DNA from: Eledone cirrhosa
Lineage: Eukaryota
DNA: 64,000 nt
NCBI GenBank assembly: GCA_964016885.1
Contig: OZ024742.1
Coordinates: 306,032,001-306,096,000, forward strand
Reading direction: 5' to 3'
Positions 24,920 to 37,474 of the stretch are shown piece by piece; positions within the stretch are counted from its first letter, which is position 1; every line of letters begins with the position of its first letter. A model generated the notes under the pieces. The model saw only the letters and a program-made list of their open reading frames with translations. It did not search any database and was not told the origin of the DNA. The translations under genes and the position numbers were made by a program.

Positions 24920-27180
24920 TTAGGGAGAAGTGTTTAGACGGGGTCCGTATTTGTTAATGAAGTAAGATTCCTTGCTGATGCGCTGGGCGTGGGTGGCATT
25001 ATCTTTAAATTTGTAGAGGGGAAAGATTCTGAAGTTGGGATGATTTTGGGCGGCACAGGTATCAATGTGTTCACTCAGTGGTATTTTCCTGTATTCCCGT
25101 ATTTTAATTTGGGATCTATGGACAGTCATGCGTTGGCGGAGGCTGTTTTTGGTCTGGCCTATGTATTGTTCTCGACAACCTAAACAAGTTAATACATATA
25201 TTATATATTTTCCTATGCACATGTGAAATTGTGTTTTACTATAAAACGTTGTCCATCTTTGAAATAGAATTCCGAACCCTCTATTAGGTGGATGCAAATG
25301 CCACAGTTGGGTCTATCACATTTTTTTACTGTGGGTTTCGTTGTTGTGGTTGGCAGTACTTTGGCATGTGTTAAGATGTTTTTCATTGACTTGGATTGTC
25401 TTTTGCTCTTTATGATATCGTGTGTTCGTAGAATTTGGTTCATTCTATGCTCCTTTTTCAATACAGGGATGTTCTGGAGGATAGTGTCAAAGGCCTCATT
25501 ATTGAGGGGGTTGTGTGTGGAGATGTATGGAAGAGCTTTTAGTTTTGGTTGATTTACTTTAGGGTGTCTAAGGTCCTGGCTACTGGGTTTTAGGGCACGT
25601 TGGATTCCATTGTCAATTAGTGATGCAGGGTAGTCCCTGCCTATGAGTGTGTCCTTTAGTTCTTGTAGCCGTAAGTAGCAGATGTTTTTATTGGAGACTA
25701 TAGTACAGATTCTCTTGGCTAAGTTGTAGGGAATATTAATTTTAACGTGTCTAGGGTGCCAAGAGTTGAAGGGGAGATATTGCTTGGAGTCTGTGGGCTT
25801 GTAGTATATGTCTGTTTCTATTTTTTGTTATGGATCTTAATGAGGATGTCGAGGAAGGGGAGTTGTTGATGGCTGTATTCCATCGTGAAGTTAATATTTG
25901 TGTTGAGCCCATTTATAAGGGTGTGAAATTCTTTAAGTTTTTCGATGTTTTCGTGCCAAAGGATGAAGCAGTCATCTAGATATCGCTTCCAGTTCCTTTC
26001 AATGTGTAAGTGGAGGGTGTTTCCAAATTTGTTTAGGACTTTAGTGTAGAGGGTGATTTCCAGGTATCCCATGACTAGGTTGGCATAAGTGAGGGCTGTT
26101 TTTGTTCCCATAGCGGTCCCAGATTTCTGCCTGTAGGGTTTGTTATTGAAAACGAAGTAATTGTTCTCCAAGATAAATTTGAGTCCCTCTATCACGAATT
26201 CTTTTTTGATGCGTTGTGGGAGTTCATTGTGGAAATTATCCAGCCAGAATTGGATAGCTTCTATTCCTAGGTTGTGGGGGATGTTGGAGTATAGGTTGAC
26301 TACATCGAACGTCACTAGTAGGGTTTGTTCAGAAAGTGGCATATTAGGGAGGTGATTGAGCATATCTAGGTCGTCCCTTATATAGCTTTTGATGTGCTTG
26401 AGGAAGGGGTTGAGAAGGGTATCAATGAAGTTGCTAAGACGGTGCGTTTCGCAAGCGGGGCCTGCTATTATAGGTCTTAATTTGAGATCATTGGGTGAGG
26501 GGACATTGATGACTATGTCTGTGGCTTCCTTGCATGCTTTACTTATTGATTCGCTTTTATGTACTTTAGGGATACCGTAGAAAAGGCTGGATTTACTTGT
26601 GAAGTCTGTGATGAAGCTGAATTCCTTGTTAGTGAGTCCTTCTTTGTATTGGTTGATTAGAGTTTTTAGGTTTCTCATAATTTTCTGTTGATTGTAGTGT
26701 TCAGCCTTTTCGTAGTATGTTTCGTTTTCCAAAGTGGAGAGCGCTAAGTTGATATAGAATTATGTCTCCATTAGGACTACTGTACTCCCTTTATCAGCCT
26801 CTTTAATTGTAATGGTTCTGTCGGTTTTTAATCTATTTAATTCTTCCCATTCTTTCTTGTTGAGGTTTGGCTTGTGTTTTTGTCTGTGCATGTGTTGGTA
26901 AGGGAAGTTTGTGATGTGTTCACAGAATTCGTCCAGGATTTTATTTCTACCTTTTGAAGGGGTGTAATTGCTTCTATTTCTGGCTAATGATTCATCCTCA
27001 TTGTACTGGTCGAATAGTTGTTTACTAAGTCGTAACTTTCTACAGAAGTCTGTGATGTCTTCCTTCATTTCATAGTAGTTAGGACGTAGTGGGTCGGTGT
27101 GAATTTAAGACCTTTGGAGAGTAAGTTGATAAGGTTGGGTGTTGGTTCTGCACTAGTAAGATTGATAATTTTTATTACTA
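24920..27180 (-). pseudogene. PLE polyprotein: reverse transcriptase + Cys-rich linker + GIY-YIG endonuclease, frameshifted
   Basis: LLSKGLKFTP, IKEADKG, YGIPKVHK, LRPII, FDVVNLYSNIP, GTAMG, RYLDD, LPFLD, KKCDRPNCGIC, IYVLTC..C..QYIGQT, ESYFI..LN. Confidence 0.93.
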
Positions 27181-28046
27181 TCGGTTTCTCCTCCCTGTCT
27201 TGTGTTATTTTGTTTGCCTGTATCTGTGTGCTGTGTCTAAAAAATGGTTGGGGTAGAGGGGTTGTCTGCTGATGTTAAGTGGTCTCCTGTGTTTGTTATA
27301 TTCCTTGTTGTTGTAAAATGTGGTTCGGGTTGGTGGTTGTAGATTGAATGGGGTGTTCCTGTACTGCGAGTATGGGTGTGTGTTTCTATGTGCCATGTTG
27401 TATTGTGGTGTTATAAGTGGCCTACGTTGTTGGTTGTATCGTGTCGTGTGGGTTTGTTGTGTTTTGTGGAAGCGAGAGTTGAGAAAAAGGTAATTACCTC
27501 GCTGTCCCCTTGAAGCGGGGAAGTTGTTACATCTATCATGGCGGTGGTATCTTTTCCCTATGTTTGACGATGAGGCATCCGCGTAGTAGTTGAGTGATTT
27601 GGTATGGTGTCTCCTTGAAGGGGGAAAATTGTAAATGTCATTCTGGGGGAGATGATTTCTTGGGTTTTTGTTCCTTCTTATGGTAGCGAGGTTGGGAAGT
27701 TCATCTTCGGTGTGGTGCTTCCTTCTTCGTTTGTTAGAGGCTTGGGGGTTTGAGAAGTTGTTGTGCGGTTCAGTTATGGGTTTTCCTATTTTTATGAACG
27801 GGTTATTGGAGGTGTAATCCGTTCCACACCCAGCGCATCAGCAAGGAATCTTACTTCATTAACAAATACGGACCCCGTCTAAACACTTCTCCCTAAGACG
27901 AACCCACAACATACACACGTCAACATACATACCTACATCAGCACACATCTCTACCCACATATAAACACAATGACATACGTAAACACACATGCTCTATGGT
28001 GCAACACAAAAAAATATATGTGCATATATATATGTATATATATGTA

Positions 28047-28156
<110 letters not shown>

Positions 28157-28305
28157 ATATATGTATGTGTATATATATATAGTGAATATCATTTCACACC
28201 TTTTATTGTTAAGATTTTTGATGTTCTATTAAGAGAACCGATTTTACTGAAAAAATCGAATAATGTACAACCATTTTACCAGGGGGAAAAAAATACTGGG
28301 CCACC

Positions 28306-28371
<66 letters not shown>

Positions 28372-28416
28372 ACACACACACACATACACACGCGTACATC
28401 AACATACAAAGAGACT

Positions 28417-28483
<67 letters not shown>

Positions 28484-28593
28484 TTCTCCGTATAAGACAA
28501 AAGCTGAAAAATATCTTTTGACATGCTAAAATACCCCCCATTGCTTTCAGACACATTCTTACTGACCATCCCTGCCACCACGAATTACTCTGC

Positions 28594-28640
<47 letters not shown>

Positions 28641-28990
28641 ACACACACACACACATATTTGTTGTGAAAGAGTCATTTCTCAATCTTGGCGCAAAACCAA
28701 TTTTTTATTCACATGACCTCTACCGACCAATCAAAATTGTTTTGACCACAAGAAGTTTTGCAAACACCAAATAACGCTGGAGCCACTTTTTTAACATAAA
28801 AACAGTCTTGGCGCAAAATCAATTTTTTACATTCACATGACCTCTACCGACCAATCAAAATTGTTTTGACCACAAGAATTTTTGCAACACCAAAGTAACG
28901 CTGGAGCCACTTTTTTAACATAAAAACAGGTAGAATTCCCAAAACAAATCAGATCAGAGCAAACAGCACAGACACTCTATCTCAAAATTA

Positions 28991-29027
28991 TTTTTGAAAA
29001 GCATTTAGAAATGCGCAACCGGTAAAA
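28991..29027 (+). ncRNA. Hammerhead-like motif in the PLE pLTR (TTGAAAA core, GCAA in place of GAAA); mirror copy at ~23770-23806 (-)
   Basis: TTT-TTGAAAA-GCATT.TAGA.AATGC-GCAA-CCGG-TA-AAA. Confidence 0.5.
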
Positions 29028-29184
29028 ACTTAAAAACTTAAAACCACAACTGAATACTAACCCATACAATCACTAATACTCTTTTATTCCTAATTAAACC
29101 ATTTTTCAACTGTGAACAATTTGTCAGCATTTTCTATTCCGTTTACCAATATATAATAACTTGTGTGTTACACCTCTATTCTTT

Positions 29185-29246
<62 letters not shown>

Positions 29247-29249
29247 TAA

Positions 29250-29700
29250 GTTGAAGAACAGTCAGACAAAATATATCCAATTTTTCTCCTCCTTAGCCCG
29301 TTAAAATTAACTAGATAAATAATCATTTAAAAGGAACTAAATTTAGAACGTAACTTTGAAGAAATAACAGATAAATGTCACAGACTTTCCTCTGAGAGGA
29401 ACAGTCAGATAATATTTACCTAGTCTTACCTCTTAATCCATAGAAATTAACCAGACAAATAATCAATTAAACGGAGCTAAGTTTAAAATGTAAGAAAAGT
29501 TTAAAATTTAAGCAAAAATGCATATAAACTTTACCAAAGTTCTTCTAGTTCCGACTATCGATAGTTTCGCTCGTACTTTTTTGGATATGTCAATCGTGGT
29601 ATTATCCATGAGGATATATTTTGTCTGACGCTGAAGGTGGCCACACTCATGTATGTATCTGTGACTATATCTAAATATATACATATATATCCTTATGAAT
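29250..29700. repeat. (TA)n-flanked cassette with a diverged ~145-bp direct repeat and a short inverted copy
   Basis: GAACAGTCAGA..AATAT at ~29256 and ~29399; rc GGATATATTTTGTCTGAC at ~29612. Confidence 0.6.
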
Positions 29701-29701
29701 T

Positions 29702-29792
<91 letters not shown>

Positions 29793-29830
29793 CATATATA
29801 TATATATACATACATATATATATATATATT

Positions 29831-29911
<81 letters not shown>

Positions 29912-30156
29912 AAAGTGGTTTGTTAAGAAGACAGCAGCCTGACTGTTACTATAGCTGCCTTCTTCACAAACCACTTTCCACTGATTGACCTTGATGTCAC
30001 GTGATTGATTCTTTTGAATTTGCCCCCGACGCAGTAGGCAGTGATTTTCTCAATGGCTAGGAATTTAGTCCACGCTTTGCTTTTTTCCATCCACTGAATT
30101 ATTTTTGTATAAGTTCCCTGTGTCCACGTATTGCCTGGAAACTTAGCTGAGAATAG

Positions 30157-30202
30157 ACTTCACTGATGACGAAAGGGTTCTCTCTACACTTCTTCGGAAA
30201 GT
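30157..30202 (+). ncRNA. Minimal hammerhead motif lacking stem II
   Basis: ACTTCA-CTGATGA-C-GAAA-GGG...TCTTC-GGAAAGT. Confidence 0.6.
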
Positions 30203-30682
30203 ATGTTTATTCCCTTTCAGAAACTAATTAGTTGGGAGTGAAATTTTAGTAAGTAAGTTAATTTTATAATTTTCTTATTTTACGTCTCTCATATTATTGT
30301 TCTGCAACCCCGTGCATTGAACCACAAAGTTACTAAGACAAAACCTATATATTTGCTAGCATAAGTATGCATCTGTGTATATATATGTTACGAGATATAC
30401 TAATTCTTTATAATTATCTCCAAATTATTTGTCGAGCAAAAATTTGGCCAAAACTGCTGCTATATTAACAGTCAGGCTGCTGTCTTCTTAACAAACCACT
30501 TTCCACTGATTGACCTCGATGTCACGTGATTGATTCTTTTGAATTTGCCACCGACGCAGTAGGCAGTGATTTTCTCAATGGCTAGGAATTTAGTCCACGC
30601 TTTGCTTTTTTTCCATCCACTGAATTATTTTTGTATAAGTTCCCTGTGTCCACGTATTGCCTGGAAACTTAGCTGAGAATAG

Positions 30683-30728
30683 ACTTCCCTGATGACGAAA
30701 GGCTTCTCTGTACACTTCTTCGGAAAGT
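30683..30728 (+). ncRNA. Minimal hammerhead motif lacking stem II (second copy)
   Basis: ACTTCC-CTGATGA-C-GAAA-GG...CTTC-GGAAAGT; stem I TTCC/GGAA. Confidence 0.65.
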
Positions 30729-30810
30729 ATGTTTATTCCCTTTCAGAAACTAATTAGTTGGGAGTGAAATTTTAGTAAGTAAGTTAATTTTATAATTTTC
30801 TTATTTTACG

Positions 30811-30872
<62 letters not shown>

Positions 30873-31372
30873 GTATATAAATTTATGCATATATTGGTGT
30901 ATTGGTGTATGTTATATTTTACAGATATTGAGAATGGAATACCGTGTTATAACCTCTTCATGATCTGCCAACTGGTGAGCACTGCTATTTCGGTACCTTC
31001 CAACATGATAGTATATATATGAACATTTCATTAGACATAGAAACGTTTATTCACTGGAGATTGGTCATTTTAAGAAGAAGAGTAGATTATTTATTATATT
31101 TTTTTCATTAATTTAGAATAGTATGATAAATGTTATTTGTTAGACACATCTTCATAATTATGTTTTCTTTTTCTTTCATTATAGGTGATAATTATTTTCT
31201 AATTTTTTTTAATAGCAATTTCATTTATTTCATCAGAGTTTGAGGTCACGTCATTAACTCATCAATAAAACTAGAAATGTATGCTTGATCTTGTTAACTC
31301 TTTTTATGGTTTGATGTTTATTGTCATGCTCTACCTGAGTAACTATATTGAGTGGTTAATCTATACTATATA

Positions 31373-31447
31373 CAGGGTTTCCCCCAAGTTATATACACTT
31401 TTATTAGAATGGTGTTGAATTGTGTATACATTTTGGGGGACATCCTG
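31373..31447. mobile_element. 75-bp Tc1/mariner-type MITE
   Basis: TA|CAGGGTTTCCCCCAAGTTATATACAC ... GTGTATACATTTTGGGGGACATCCTG|TA: imperfect 26-bp TIRs with TA TSD. Confidence 0.8.
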
Positions 31448-32389
31448 TATTTACGTCTTATATTATGACTATGCGTGAAATCAGTTTTCTAAAGATGCGT
31501 GTTGTGAACGTACAAGAAAAATTGATTGCTGCTGTATTGTTTTTCCTGTTGAAAGAAAGAAAAGTCAAACTCTATTCGGATAGAATTTGATCCTAAAAAA
31601 ATATGAAACAAATATCCATATTTTATGTGTTTACTTAATGATTTTGTTTGAAGGAAGAGACTGTGCGAAAGTCCCCGCTCCCAGTCAGAGAGGCTATGTT
31701 CCTGCAAAGGGAACATATAGGCAGGATGAGAATTACTAAGTAAAGATGTTTGCGAGGGAAGCAACGAGTGTATTTGATAGTGTGGTGTCTAGAGGTTTGG
31801 GTGGGTGCGATATGGATGATGACAGATGAACAGAAGAATCGGGTGTACCTGAATAGTAGTGTATCATATAAATCAATGTTTTTTTTTTTTTTTAAAACCG
31901 CATATTATACTGCAGATATTATACACATTGGAAAAAGATGGAATCATGCATGACTTAGATTCGGTGACGACTACGCTTGGATGGCTCTTTCTAAAAAAAT
32001 AACACCAGAATGTCAAACAAAAATTGAAAACATGCCTTTAAATTATTTGTCTTTTAAAATGATGTGTTTTAATTATTTTGAGATCGTTCTGTATTGTTAG
32101 GCTCTAAGCTGTAGCTTGTTTGGCTTAAGCCTAATCCGCTCCCGATTGTTGGAGAAATTAAGGAAGATTTTTCCCACTTATTAGAGGACCCAGAGGAGTA
32201 AAAGTAGGGTATTTAGTATACTTTATGTCACATCTTGTGGAAAGTAGCATCGTTAGTTATATATTTCCAAGAGGCAAATCTATTTTCTATCAATCTCAAA
32301 TGTTGAAAATATTATAAATAATTTGACTGTGTTACTGAGCCGGAATGATTATTTTTAAATATTGTTTGAAAATGCCAGATTCTCTGTTC

Positions 32390-32426
<37 letters not shown>

Positions 32427-32427
32427 G

Positions 32428-32518
<91 letters not shown>

Positions 32519-32534
32519 GAGAGAGAGAGAGAGA
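32390..32534. repeat. (GA)n microsatellite
   Basis: Directly visible. Confidence 0.95.
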
Positions 32535-33298
32535 ATGTGAGCTGTGGTAGTTCATAAACACACATTTTCATAATCTTAAACCCATTTCTCATGACTCAGG
32601 CCTATTGATGCTGCAATAACAACAAGAACAAGAACTGCAACAAAATAACAACGATAACTTCCCCAAAGAAAGCAAATGTTACTCTTTGTTCGTGTCTTCG
32701 ATTTCGTTCCGTAGTTAAGGTTATAGATTTCAAAAGATGCATCTTTATTATTACTGTTGTGGACATTACAAGTTCGCAAGAATCATACAACAATCACAAG
32801 ATTAAAAAATAATACAATTTCACAGAACATTATCACATGTATTGTTCTCTTTAACCATCCAATAAGTATATTGTTTTCAAAATAACAGAAGAGATACTAG
32901 AGTAACTGCTGAATGATTTTATTTTATTTTTTTAACTGCTGAATGATTTTATCTATATAATACTAAAATACTGTGATTGCTTGCTTGCTTGTCTGTAATG
33001 TAATACAGCCAAAAGGTCGCATAATGGGAAAATTCTTTGAAAAGAAGTAAACCCTGAAATGGGAATTCAAATGGAATAAAACAAGTTTCGCATAAAGCAG
33101 ATATAATTTTTTCCTGAGAAATGGGTTTTTTCCGAGTACCTTCATAAACAGAGAGAGAGGGGGGGGGACGACACAAAGAAGGAGAATGGAAGAGCACTGG
33201 TGGTGTTGTTGTGTGAGTGTGTATGTGTATACAGGTGTGTCTGTGTGTCTATGACCAGTGTATATAGATCACAGACACCCACATATATATATATATAT

Positions 33299-33360
<62 letters not shown>

Positions 33361-33362
33361 TT

Positions 33363-33477
33363 ATTAAAATAACAGATTAAAGTTTAAGCAAAGAATCGCT
33401 GCTTTCACCCTGAAAGAAGATCCCGTTAAGGGTGAAAGCAGCGATTCTTTGCTTAAACTTTAATCTGTTATTTTAAT
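33363..33477. repeat. Inverted pair of truncated 3' ends of the CAGAAGA-hammerhead element
   Basis: 33363-33410 is the rc of ~33430-33477. Confidence 0.8.
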
Positions 33478-33566
33478 ATATATTTGCTTTACGGTTCTTA
33501 TATATTTGATATATATTTATCCTTATCGAACCCTCTTTGGATTTTAGTCTTCAAATTTATTATTAT

Positions 33567-33614
<48 letters not shown>

Positions 33615-33617
<3 letters not shown>

Positions 33618-33741
33618 ATTATACAAGTTTGTTGTTTTATGTTTATTGTGTAGAGCTGTTATAAGATATTATTGAGTAGATATATTGTATCTAATCGGTA
33701 TTGGTTTAATATATATATAAATGTGTGACTGTGTGACATAC

Positions 33742-33773
<32 letters not shown>

Positions 33774-34054
33774 ATGTTTACATAGTCACACATTTATATA
33801 CATACACACACGTATATATAGGAGCCTTCCAGTTTCATTTTACATTATATACATATCTGTGTATATTTTAATTATTTAAAAATTATTTGTAACTGAACAT
33901 GATTTTAAAAAAATATTTTGAAGTGAACGTGACCCAACGAGTAACGGGTGGTCTAGTAATATTATACAAGTTTGTTATTTTATGTTTATTGTGTAGAGCT
34001 GTTATAAGATATTGTAGAGTAGATATATTGTATCTAATCGGTATTGGTTTAATA
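33615..34054 (+). repeat. About 97-bp direct repeat (33615-33711 / 33958-34054) around a microsatellite-rich insert ending in ACCC..GGGT-GGT-CTAG-T
   Basis: Repeat read directly; the hairpin plus CTAG end resembles a Helitron 3' terminus (weak). Confidence 0.55.
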
Positions 34055-36124
34055 GATATATCATGTATACTAATTTATATTCTATATCATAGTAAGTTTA
34101 GATCAAAGTAAATTGTTAAAAAGATTACATCAATTTGAAAATATATAAGAAATACATAACATTCCTTATGTATTATATAAGTGGTTTCTAATTCAGGCAA
34201 AAGATTAAAAATTTTGAGTGTAAATGCAAAGTCAATTACATTGACATTGCTAGAAATTTTGTCAGACACCCTAGCGATTCTGTTAAATCTCCGACCTTGC
34301 GATTTAGCTTTAGAGTACATTTGTTTTTTGTTTATTATGAAATATAAAAAAATGCATTATAATAAAATGGCACTACACAGTGTTGTTGGTCAGCATTTGT
34401 ATATCAAAAGTAAAATGCATAAATCCTGTTCCACCCAGATTTATGATCATGTCAAAACAGTTTTAATTAATTAGAAATACAGTCGCAGTAAGACAGAAAA
34501 TTATTTCTGATCAAGAATGCAGGGGAAATAATTATGAAATTCAAATTGATTAAAAGTGGAATAGGAGTTAATAGAGTTCTTATTTCCATACTTCATTTTT
34601 GTGTACTCAGAGGCAAAGACTTTCACTAAATAAACGTGGATTGATACAACTTAAACGAATAATCTAAGGAAATATTCCAGGGACTTTTATATCATCGAAA
34701 ACACAGTTAAGTGATAGTAGTCCTAGTGAATCTAATGAATCAAATATAGGCTTCATTACTTAAGATTACAGCCAAAATGAGTAGAAGAAAATGTTACTGT
34801 AATAATTAATTATGATCAAGAGACCTCTGTAACAAACAAAAAGGAATAATTATAACATTTAAATATGTGATGAGTGAAGAAAATTGTCTCCAACTGTAAA
34901 TTGAAACTGCACCTCTAACACAGCAAGTTGCTTTGTCTCCTGGCAGAGGTAATTTGTATAAAATTACACATAACTATTAACATGTTTAAGTGAAGTATTC
35001 GTCGTTCTTTGTTGTCGCTGTTTGTTTATTTATTTAAAAATTAAGAACAGGAAAACTGAATACAATTAGCATTTTAAAAAGACACTTTCCGCCGATACGG
35101 CTAGAAGATTTTAACAATGAACTTCAGAATCTCGCCACAAGACAACTGTCAAATGCACAACTACACCATGCAGAAGTTTTATACATAGAATAGTTGTAGT
35201 AATGTGTCGTTGCTGCAAAACCAGCTGCAGAAATGATTTTAATGATAACAGTTAAAACATTGAGAATATAAAAATAAACTTTCTGATCAAACAGTCAGAA
35301 TAAGGAGATATAGAAGAGTGAGGAATTCTTTTGAATTTGTTTTCGATTTCGTTATTCAAAACTTTATTTTTATTTAATTCAATATACGTTAACTGGATGT
35401 TGTTTATGGTAACATCTCCTACTATACTTAGAGCTTTGACATTTTTTAATGATTTGCTTTAAAATTGTTTGACGGGCAAAAGAACATTTCATCATAATCT
35501 CTCTATCTTCCACCTTCTCTCCATCTATCAATTAATATCTTTCTTTTTCTCTCACGCAAATGGTAATCGGTAAATGTATTTTCCATTCCTGCTAGATTTA
35601 ATATCATTAGAGATATGATCTTCATTAAGATGTGTTATTTTTTTCATATAACGTAACCCGCGGTCCTCTCGAGTTGACATCAAGTGACCTTTTCCCTATT
35701 GGTACATTTTGCTCCTTTTAGCAATATTTCGATTTATTAAATATGCACAAGGTTAATTTTTTTCTAGGAGATTGAAGCAGTTAATTGAATAAACTTTAGT
35801 ATACTAATAGTACTTATTATATATTTCCTGGAATACTGAAGAGCAAATTCGCCTTGGGCATCATTTGAAGACAGATTAAAATAATAATAATAACTAATGT
35901 CAATTTAGATATGACATCAGATTTGTAAAGAAGTATTCGTTGATTGATTCTACCCGTATTCTACTTGAGTTATTAATTTTAGTGATACTTAAGAGATAAA
36001 TATTAAGTCAATCCAAATGAGATTTGATCTCGAAATTGAAAGGAAAACTGGTTAAATACATTTGGTCGGTTCGCTGCAGTGTCGGTGATGCTCATGATCA
36101 GTTATATTATTATATTCAGTTCTG

Positions 36125-36510
36125 AGGTCGGTGTATTGGCAGTGTCGGTAGCGCAGCAGTAAATATGCTTTGCAGCATTGGGGTACGGCCCTTTATTATC
36201 TGAGTTCAAATCCCACCGAAGTTAACTTTGCCTTTCCTCATTACGCGGTCGATAAAATAAAGTACCAGTCACGCACTGGGGTCGATTTAATCGACTTCAC
36301 CCTCCCCCAAATTGCTGGCCTTGTGCCTGTATAAAAAACCATTATTATATTAATTTATGAGAGCGGTGTATTGACAGTGTCGGTAGAGCATCAGAAAATA
36401 TGCTTTGTGGCATAGTGTTATGGCCCTTTACGTTCTGAGTTCAAATCCCACCGAAGTTACCGTTGCCTTTCATCCTTACGGGGTCGAAAAAATAAAGTAC
36501 CACTAATGTA
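36125..36510 (+). mobile_element. Two tandem tRNA-derived SINEs (36125-36350, 36362-36510)
   Basis: GGTGTATTGGCAGTGTCGGTAG head, CTGAGTTCAAATCCC box B, GGTCGATAAAATAAAGTACC body. Confidence 0.85.
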
Positions 36511-37474
36511 TGTATGTATTTATCTCTCTACATTCTATTTATCTATCTCTATATATATGAGGAAATTCAGCATATTTAAATATATTGACATCCAAGAACA
36601 CAAATATGCATATACATATATAAGGCTAACTTTTATATATAGACCAATGGTGTTTGCATACAGATTTTTCCTGATATTGATGAGAGAAACAAAAATTTCT
36701 CCTTGTCTTACGGCGAAATCTGACACTATATTTCATCCCGTGTATTTAAAGTGCTATTAAGTATCATGGATACCGTGAATAATGAAATCTAGAGCGCAAA
36801 TGTCAATGGAAAATGATCGAGCAACCTTAATCTATTATATATTTTAGAGCAAAGATGTTGTTGATCTATAATATCTATGAGGAAAACCCATGAACCACTC
36901 AGAATTAATTTACTTCTAATTTCTTATGCAATACAGCAGGATATTAATCTCGTCGTCGGCCACGAAAGATTTGGTAGGAATGACTGGTAGCATGTCCGAA
37001 GCATGCTGTGCATAACCGTTTTAGTGTATATTTACTAATGTAGAACCTCCAAATATCTTAAATTTTGTATGTAGTCATTCCGTTTTAGGGTACATATGTG
37101 ATTTCTAAACCCAGATTCTCTCCCATTAAAACTAAAGAACAAAGATATTCCGATTATTTTTGGTAATGATAATACACGTTTAATTAATTAAAGTTGTGTG
37201 ATAGAGTAGAAATATAGAAAAATATTGTGTTGTACAGGTTGGTCCGAAAGACTTGTCACCCCCTACCAAAAGGTAATTAGAAACAGTTTATGTTCCCGTC
37301 GCAGTATCGTCCTCCTCGGAGGAGTTGGTTTGCCGAATCTGGCAGTGAAGTCATGTCGCACCGCCTCCATGCTCTTGCCACAATGCACACGATCATGTGT
37401 CCATACACTTACAAGCAGCCTCTCTGCCAAACTGTAGGAGCTATGAAATAGAAAATTATATTATTATTATTATT

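Larger units (their letters stand above)
29909..30820 (+). mobile_element. Tandem pLTR-like cassette (direct repeats ~29954-30293 / 30476-30820, 5' inverted 41 bp) in (TA)n
   Basis: About 340-bp near-identical direct repeats; 29909-29949 is the rc of 30466-30505. Confidence 0.85.

Noticed and set aside
29545-29600. rc GAAAC-TATCGATA-GTC hammerhead half
   Set aside because: No matching CUGANGA-type core or stem I upstream; probably truncated.
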